This document shows positions 58,339 to 64,000 of a stretch of 64,000 nt of DNA, in pieces. Positions within the stretch are counted from its first letter, which is position 1, and each line of letters opens with the position of its first letter. The stretch lies in assembly GCA_002171615.1 (NCBI GenBank), contig NHEF01000021.1:38574-102573 (forward strand), given 5' to 3'. Made by a program: the position numbers and the translations under genes. The notes beneath the pieces are model-generated. The model did no database searches. It was not told where the DNA came from and was given only the letters and a program-made list of their open reading frames with translations. The DNA comes from Gammaproteobacteria bacterium TMED78 (lineage in GTDB: Bacteria; Pseudomonadota; Gammaproteobacteria; Steroidobacterales; Rariloculaceae).

Positions 58339-59982
58339 TTGAAATCAAATAGAAATATACTCGTAACCAGCGCTCTGCCATATGCTAATGCACCACTACA
58401 TATTGGTCATTTTGTTGAATATACGCAAACTGATATATGGGTGAGGTATCATCGTATTAATGGACACAGCTGTACATATATTTGTGCAAGTGATGCTCAT
58501 GGAACTCCGACTATGCTTAAGGCCGAGGAAGAAGGCATTACACCAGAGAAGTTAGTTGAAAAAAATAGCTCTAGCCACCTGAATGATTTCAAAACTTATA
58601 GAATAAGTGTAGATAATTATGTAACCACTCATGTACCAGAGAATAAGGAAATTACTGAAGAAATATATAATAAACTTAAAAAAAATAATCATATTTATAA
58701 AAAAAATATTAAACAGTCATTTGATGATAAGAAAAAAATGTTTCTTCCAGATAGATATGTAAAAGGCACTTGTCCATCATGTGGGGCAAAAGATCAATAT
58801 GGCGATTCATGTGAAGTTTGTGGTTCTACTTACTCACCAATGCAACTAATTGATCCTATATCTGTTATTTCAGGTACTAAGCCTACTGTTAAAGGATCAG
58901 AGCATATCTTTTTCAAATTAAGTGAATTCGAAGATGAGTTAAAATTATGGATATCTAAAAATATGGATATCACTTTAGTTAATAAACTAGAAGAATGGTT
59001 TAAACAAGGTCTTAAGGATTGGGATATCTCAAGAGACTCTCCATACTTTGGGTTCCCAATTCCTGAAGAAAAAAATAAATATTTTTATGTTTGGTTTGAT
59101 GCGCCTATTGGCTATATAGGTAGCTATTTAAATTTTACTAATAACCAAAAGGATGAGGAATTTTATAACTTCTGGCAATCTGGAGACAATACAGAGCTAT
59201 ATCATTTTATAGGCAAAGATATTGTCTATTTCCATACTTTATTTTGGCCTGCTGTACTTTCAGGTGCAGGATATAGAAAGCCGACTGCTGTATTTGTTCA
59301 TGGATTCCTAACTATAAATGGAAAAAAAATGTCTAAGTCTAAAGGTACATTTATAAATGCTTCAATTTTTGCAAAGTATTTTGACCCAGATTTTTTACGA
59401 TATTATTTTGCTGCAAAATTAGGACCAACCCCTGATGATTTAGATTTAAATATTGATGACTTCATTGCTAGAATAAATTCTGACTTAGTTGGTAAGTTAA
59501 TTAATATAGCAAGTAGATCTTCGGGCTTCATTCATAAGTTTAATGATGGATTATTAGCAGATAAATTAATTAATAGAAAAATAGTTGATGTTTTTTTGAA
59601 AAAGGCAAATCAAATTGAAAAAAATTATGTTGAGAGAAATTATGCTCAAGCTATAAGAGAAATAATTGATTTAGCTGATCAGGCCAATCAATATATTGAT
59701 GAGGAGAAACCATGGTTTTTAGCAAAAGATCCAGAATTCCAGAAAAAAGCAGTAGAAGTATCAACAGTAGCTATAAACCTATTTAGGATATTAATACTAT
59801 ATCTAAAGCCAGTAATACCTGGAATTGCCGAACGTTGTGAATCTTTTTTAAATGTTGAAAGCATGGCCTGGTCTGATAAAGACAAACTTTTAATCGGCTC
59901 CAAATTAAATAATTATAAAAATATTATAGACAGAGTTGAGAAAGCTCATGCTATAAAAATGATAGAAGAATCTAAAATATAG
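58339..59982 (+). CDS. metG: methionyl-tRNA synthetase (core form without the C-terminal tRNA-binding domain)
   Basis: 547 aa; HIGH (PYANAPLHIGH), Zn knuckle CPSCGAKDQYGDSCEVCG, KMSKS; TTG start. Confidence 0.95.
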   Translation: MKSNRNILVTSALPYANAPLHIGHFVEYTQTDIWVRYHRINGHSCTYICASDAHGTPTMLKAEEEGITPEKLVEKNSSSHLNDFKTYRISVDNYVTTHVPENKEITEEIYNKLKKNNHIYKKNIKQSFDDKKKMFLPDRYVKGTCPSCGAKDQYGDSCEVCGSTYSPMQLIDPISVISGTKPTVKGSEHIFFKLSEFEDELKLWISKNMDITLVNKLEEWFKQGLKDWDISRDSPYFGFPIPEEKNKYFYVWFDAPIGYIGSYLNFTNNQKDEEFYNFWQSGDNTELYHFIGKDIVYFHTLFWPAVLSGAGYRKPTAVFVHGFLTINGKKMSKSKGTFINASIFAKYFDPDFLRYYFAAKLGPTPDDLDLNIDDFIARINSDLVGKLINIASRSSGFIHKFNDGLLADKLINRKIVDVFLKKANQIEKNYVERNYAQAIREIIDLADQANQYIDEEKPWFLAKDPEFQKKAVEVSTVAINLFRILILYLKPVIPGIAERCESFLNVESMAWSDKDKLLIGSKLNNYKNIIDRVEKAHAIKMIEESKI

Positions 59983-60629
59983 TGAAAAGAATAGAAAGAG
60001 CTAAAATAGTTATTAATATATTAAATAGGTTTTATCCTACTACCCCGATACCACTTAAACATAAAGATACTTATACCCTCCTTATATCCGTCCTCCTATC
60101 AGCACAATGTACAGATAAGAGAGTTAATGAAATTACACCAAGATTATTTGAACTTGCACCTGATCCAATCTCAATGATTAAGCTATCACAAAAGAAAATA
60201 TACAAAATAATTCATCCATGCGGACTTGGTGAAAAAAAATCAAAAGCAATCTATGACTTATCCGCAATACTTAAAAAAAAATATAAATCAAAAGTTCCGA
60301 ATAACTTTAAGGATCTTGAAAATTTACCAGGGGTAGGGCATAAAACAGCCTCTGTTGTAATGAGCCAAGGATTTGGAATACCTGCCTTTCCTGTTGATAC
60401 ACATATTCATAGACTCTCGCAAAGATGGGGGCTAACTACAGGTACAAATGTAAAGAAAACTGAATATGATCTAAAAAAAATTTTTCCTAAAGCGTTCTGG
60501 AGCAAGCTTCACTTACAAATAATTTTTTGGGGTAGAGAATATTGCCAAGCAAGATCTTGCCATGGCCTTATTTGTGAAATATGTAAAAAATGCTACCCTA
60601 ATAGAAAAAAAAGCTTCGTTCATAGCTAG
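59982..60629 (+). CDS. nth: endonuclease III
   Basis: 215 aa; HhH-GPD motif LPGVGHKTASVVM, catalytic region VDTHIHR and a C-terminal Cys cluster; GTG start overlapping the metG stop by 1 nt. Confidence 0.92.
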   Translation: MKRIERAKIVINILNRFYPTTPIPLKHKDTYTLLISVLLSAQCTDKRVNEITPRLFELAPDPISMIKLSQKKIYKIIHPCGLGEKKSKAIYDLSAILKKKYKSKVPNNFKDLENLPGVGHKTASVVMSQGFGIPAFPVDTHIHRLSQRWGLTTGTNVKKTEYDLKKIFPKAFWSKLHLQIIFWGREYCQARSCHGLICEICKKCYPNRKKSFVHS

Positions 60630-61630
60630 TCTATTTTTAAGCTAATATCTCTTACCATATCAACAATGGTTTCCTGAATAGGTGTAGGAGACCAATCTAA
60701 AACATCCTTAGTTTGCGAGCTATCAATAAAAGATTTTTTATTTAAATAATGGCTAATAGCTCTCATCTCACTATTAAATATACCTAGAAATTTTATAAGC
60801 CAATCAGGTGCCCTTACAGTTGGTGCACTTACACCATTTGAAATAATTATTTCTGTAATCTCCTTAAGGCTCATAGGAGAGGCAGTCATACAAGGAAATC
60901 TTAGCTTATTAGCTTGAGGGCTTAACATAGCTGCCACATGTAATTTAGCTACATCTCTTACATCAACGCAATTCATAAAGATATTTGGTATTAAAGGTAT
61001 TTCTCGTTTAATTATCTTTTTCATAAAATTTGCTGAAGTTGCTTCAAGATTATTATCCAATAATGGTCCTAGCACAAAGCCTGGGTTAATTACCGACATC
61101 TCAATCTCATTTTCCCTTACAAAACTCCATGCTGCTCTTTCAGCAATCGTTTTGCTCTTAACGTATGCAGTAATATTTTTACTTTCAATATTTGTCCAAT
61201 CATCATGATTTAAGGTACTAACTTTATTATCTTCATGGCCATAACTGATAGCAGCCATAGAAGAAGTGATCACAACTCTTTCCACTCCAGCTATTAGTGA
61301 AGCTTTCAAGGCTCTTAGAGTCCCATCTTTAGCTGGAATAATTAGTTTGTTTTCATCGTTAGGCTCTTTTAGAGGAAAAGGGGATGCGACATGCAAAACA
61401 TATCTACAATCTCTAGCAGCCTCTTCCCAGCCATCATCTTTAAGTAGGTCAAGCTCAACAAAATTTAAATGACTATTATTTTTTAAAAATGGTTCAAGAG
61501 CAGAAAAAATATTTGCTCGTTTTGAATTATCTCTGAGTGATCCAATAACCTTGAATCCCTTACTCAATAATTCTGAAATACAATGAAGTCCTATATAGCT
61601 AGAGGCGCCTGTAACTAAAACCTTATCCAT
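60626..61630 (-). CDS. NAD-dependent epimerase/dehydratase family SDR (aldehyde/dihydroflavonol reductase-like)
   Basis: 334 aa; N-terminal VLVTGASSYIGLH Rossmann motif and YVKSK (YxxxK) catalytic motif. Confidence 0.8.
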   Translation of the reverse strand: MDKVLVTGASSYIGLHCISELLSKGFKVIGSLRDNSKRANIFSALEPFLKNNSHLNFVELDLLKDDGWEEAARDCRYVLHVASPFPLKEPNDENKLIIPAKDGTLRALKASLIAGVERVVITSSMAAISYGHEDNKVSTLNHDDWTNIESKNITAYVKSKTIAERAAWSFVRENEIEMSVINPGFVLGPLLDNNLEATSANFMKKIIKREIPLIPNIFMNCVDVRDVAKLHVAAMLSPQANKLRFPCMTASPMSLKEITEIIISNGVSAPTVRAPDWLIKFLGIFNSEMRAISHYLNKKSFIDSSQTKDVLDWSPTPIQETIVDMVRDISLKID

Positions 61631-61684
61631 AAAAATTATAAAATTCCTATATAAATTTAAAACATTTTAAATAAATTATAATAT

Positions 61685-63106
61685 TCATTTTTTTGGTATA
61701 TACAGGTCTGTAATTGTTCCTTCAGCAACCTCAGCAGCAAATCCAATAGTCTCTGACAACGTAGGATGTGGATGTATAGTTAATCCTATATCATCTACAG
61801 TAGCATCCATTTCAATAGCAAATCCAACCTCTACAATAAGATCCCCTGCATTAGAACCAACAATACCAGCTCCAAGAATCTTTTTTGTACCCTTTTCTAT
61901 AATTAGTTTAGTCAAGCCCTCAGATCGACCTAAAGCCAAAGATCTCCCGCTAGCCGCCCAAGGAAAAACCCCTTTTTCATATTCGATATTTTTTTCCTTA
62001 GCTTGGTCTTCTGAAAGACCAACAGAGGCAACTTCTGGATCAGTATAGGCAACTGAAGGGATTACTCTAGCATCAAAAAAACTTTTCAGACCAGAAACAA
62101 CCTCTGCAGCTACTTTTCCTTCATGTGTAGCCTTATGAGCAAGCATTGGCTCACCCACAATATCACCAATGGCAAAAATATGAGATTGATTTGTTCTTTG
62201 CTGATTATCAACTGAAATTAATCCCTTACTATCAACTAGAATGTCAGCTTTTTCAGCATCTATTGCTAAACCATTAGCTGTTCTCCCAACAGCAATCAAA
62301 ACCTTATCAAACTTCTCTTTTTTAGCTGATGATGATTGACCTCCTTTAAAACTCGCATAAATTCCATCTTTTTTAGCTTCTAATGAAGAAACTTTTGTTC
62401 CTAATAATATTTCCTCATACTTTTGCTTCATTATCTTATGTAGAGGCTTAACTAAATCTCTATCGAATGTTGGCATTAAATTATCTGTAAGTTCAACAAT
62501 AGTCACTTTAGAGCCCAATGACTCATAAACTGTTGCCATCTCTAAACCTATAATGCCGCCGCCAACAACCAACAAACGAGCTGGTATATCTTCTAAATCG
62601 AGTGCTCCAGTTGAATCTATAATCCTTGGATCATCAGGAAAATTAGGTATCCTTGAGGGCTCTGATCCAGCGGCTATAATACATTGATCAAAACTTACGA
62701 TTGTTGAAACATCTCCATTAGTCACTTTTATTTCGTTTGATGATATAAATGCTCCTTCTCCATTTAAAACTATAACATTCCTTTTCTTCGCTAAGTTAGA
62801 AAGACCTGAGGTTAGTTGCCCTACAACACTCTCTTTCCAGCTCTTTAATTTTGAAAGATCGATTTTAGGTTCACCAAAATCTATGCCTTTATTTTTCATA
62901 TCTTTTGATTCTTCAATGACCTTAGCCGCATGAAGGAGTGCTTTAGATGGTATGCAACCGACATTTAAACAAACTCCACCTAAGGTAGGTGATTTTTCTA
63001 TTAATATAACATCCAAACCTAAATCTGACGCCCTAAAAGCAGCTGTATAGCCTCCAGGTCCAGATCCTAGTACAACTAGGCTAGTATTTAATTTTTTATT
63101 TGACAT
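61685..63106 (-). CDS. lpdA: dihydrolipoyl dehydrogenase (E3)
   Basis: GSGPGGY FAD motif, redox-active GGVCLNVGCIPSK and C-terminal HPHPTLSE. I prefer the ATG at 63106 (MSNKK...) over the TTG at 63118. Confidence 0.95.
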   Translation of the reverse strand: MSNKKLNTSLVVLGSGPGGYTAAFRASDLGLDVILIEKSPTLGGVCLNVGCIPSKALLHAAKVIEESKDMKNKGIDFGEPKIDLSKLKSWKESVVGQLTSGLSNLAKKRNVIVLNGEGAFISSNEIKVTNGDVSTIVSFDQCIIAAGSEPSRIPNFPDDPRIIDSTGALDLEDIPARLLVVGGGIIGLEMATVYESLGSKVTIVELTDNLMPTFDRDLVKPLHKIMKQKYEEILLGTKVSSLEAKKDGIYASFKGGQSSSAKKEKFDKVLIAVGRTANGLAIDAEKADILVDSKGLISVDNQQRTNQSHIFAIGDIVGEPMLAHKATHEGKVAAEVVSGLKSFFDARVIPSVAYTDPEVASVGLSEDQAKEKNIEYEKGVFPWAASGRSLALGRSEGLTKLIIEKGTKKILGAGIVGSNAGDLIVEVGFAIEMDATVDDIGLTIHPHPTLSETIGFAAEVAEGTITDLYIPKK

Positions 63107-64000
63107 AATTACCACCAACTTCCTTAATAAATTCTGATTTATTCATAACTGATGACAGAAAAGTAGTAAAACGGACTCCATCAGCACCATCTATAACTCT
63201 ATGATCATATGATAATGAAATAGGTAAAATTAGACGAGGAATGAAGACTCCATCTCTATATACTGGTTTATGAAAATTCTTTGATATCCCTAAAATAGCT
63301 ACCTCAGGAGCGTTAATAATTGGAGTAAAGGAAGTTCCCCCAATACCACCTAAGCTCGATACAGTAAAAACCCCACCCTTCATATCATCTAATCCTAATT
63401 TTCCAGATCTAGCTAGTTTACTAAGATTTAAAAGCTCTATAGCTATCTGAAATATATCTTTCTTATCAACCTCTTTAATGACTGGCACAACTAAACCATT
63501 TGTAGTATCTACAGCGAACCCAATATTACAATAATCCTTAAAAATCAAACTATTTCCATCCGGACTAAGCGATGAAGAAAACTTAGGGTATTCTTTGATA
63601 GCAAATGAGCAAGCTTTAATAGCGAATGGCAATATACTCAAAGAAATGTCTTTATCTAGCTTGTTCTTGTTTAGATATTGTCTTTTTTCTTCAATATCCG
63701 TTATATCTATCTCATCGTTCTGAGTAACATGTGGAACATTAACCCAGCTAGCATGGAGCCTAGGCCCAGAAACCTTTTGTATTTTAGTCAATCTCCTTGA
63801 TTGAATTTTTCCATAAATTGAGAAATCTTGCGTCTTAACTAACGGCAGTAAACTACTACCACCTTTCAAAATACTTTTTACATAAACCTTAATATCATCA
63901 ATAGTAATTCTACCCTTGAGAGCTGTACCAGTGATTTTTGAAAGATCTGCACCTAGCTCTCTGGCAAATTTTCTTACGGATGGGCTTGCATGAGCCAGTT
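63096..64000 (-). CDS. aceF: pyruvate dehydrogenase E2 dihydrolipoamide acetyltransferase, C-terminal part (5' end beyond the window)
   Basis: The reading frame stays open to position 64000. It encodes a subunit-binding domain (ASPSVRKFARELGADLSKITGT) and a catalytic domain (VPHVTQNDEIDIT...; SLSYDHRVIDGADG), more AceF-like than SucB-like. lpdA lies immediately downstream. Confidence 0.88.
   Translation of the reverse strand, partial: LAHASPSVRKFARELGADLSKITGTALKGRITIDDIKVYVKSILKGGSSLLPLVKTQDFSIYGKIQSRRLTKIQKVSGPRLHASWVNVPHVTQNDEIDITDIEEKRQYLNKNKLDKDISLSILPFAIKACSFAIKEYPKFSSSLSPDGNSLIFKDYCNIGFAVDTTNGLVVPVIKEVDKKDIFQIAIELLNLSKLARSGKLGLDDMKGGVFTVSSLGGIGGTSFTPIINAPEVAILGISKNFHKPVYRDGVFIPRLILPISLSYDHRVIDGADGVRFTTFLSSVMNKSEFIKEVGGNYVK

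Noticed and set aside
58339-59982. MetRS is only 547 aa and lacks the C-terminal tRNA-binding/dimerisation domain found in E. coli
   Set aside because: Monomeric core-only MetRS is common in many bacteria, so this is not unusual enough to report as a finding.

Overview
AT-rich, very compact chromosomal segment, by gene order a gammaproteobacterium and probably a streamlined marine lineage (inference). No rRNA, CRISPR array, transposase or integrase was seen. About two thirds is conserved core. This includes pnp-rpsO-truB-rbfA-infB-nusA-rimP (1-7367, minus) and purA-DUF2065-hflC-hflK-hflX-hfq-miaA-amiB-tsaE-nnr (27.5-37.0 kb, minus). Further core genes are queG, panC/panB, a deoxynucleoside kinase, proS, a family-4 UDG, rimI, valS-holC-pepA, lptF/lptG, tRNA-Glu(CUC), wrbA, hda, purM/purN, dcd, apbC, metG, nth and lpdA-aceF. 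An accessory block at about 7.5-27.4 kb sits between the core blocks. The best candidate for a new system is a tightly packed six-gene minus-strand operon (18404-24005). It opens with an orphan MsrQ/YedZ-like haem-b membrane protein, followed by five exported proteins: two NHL beta-propellers, a small protein with a predicted His-His mature N-terminus, a 242-aa Cys-pair protein and a lipoprotein alpha/beta hydrolase. A Fur-box-like site lies in the divergent promoter region, next to a second Fur box, a ComEA-like HhH protein and a TonB-dependent receptor. A paralogous small-protein plus Cys-pair-protein module occurs again at 8950-11019, co-transcribed with a Cys-type sulfatase. Other notable points: a carboxymuconolactone-decarboxylase/AhpD-like gene interrupted by one in-frame TGA exactly at the second Cys of the CxxC motif (candidate selenoprotein, or a pseudogene). 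There is also an M24 hydrolase with Cys replacing a metal-ligand Asp, a ProRS lacking the whole INS editing domain, and several convergent gene pairs that share palindromic stop codons. All functional calls come from reading the translated ORFs by eye; no database search was run.
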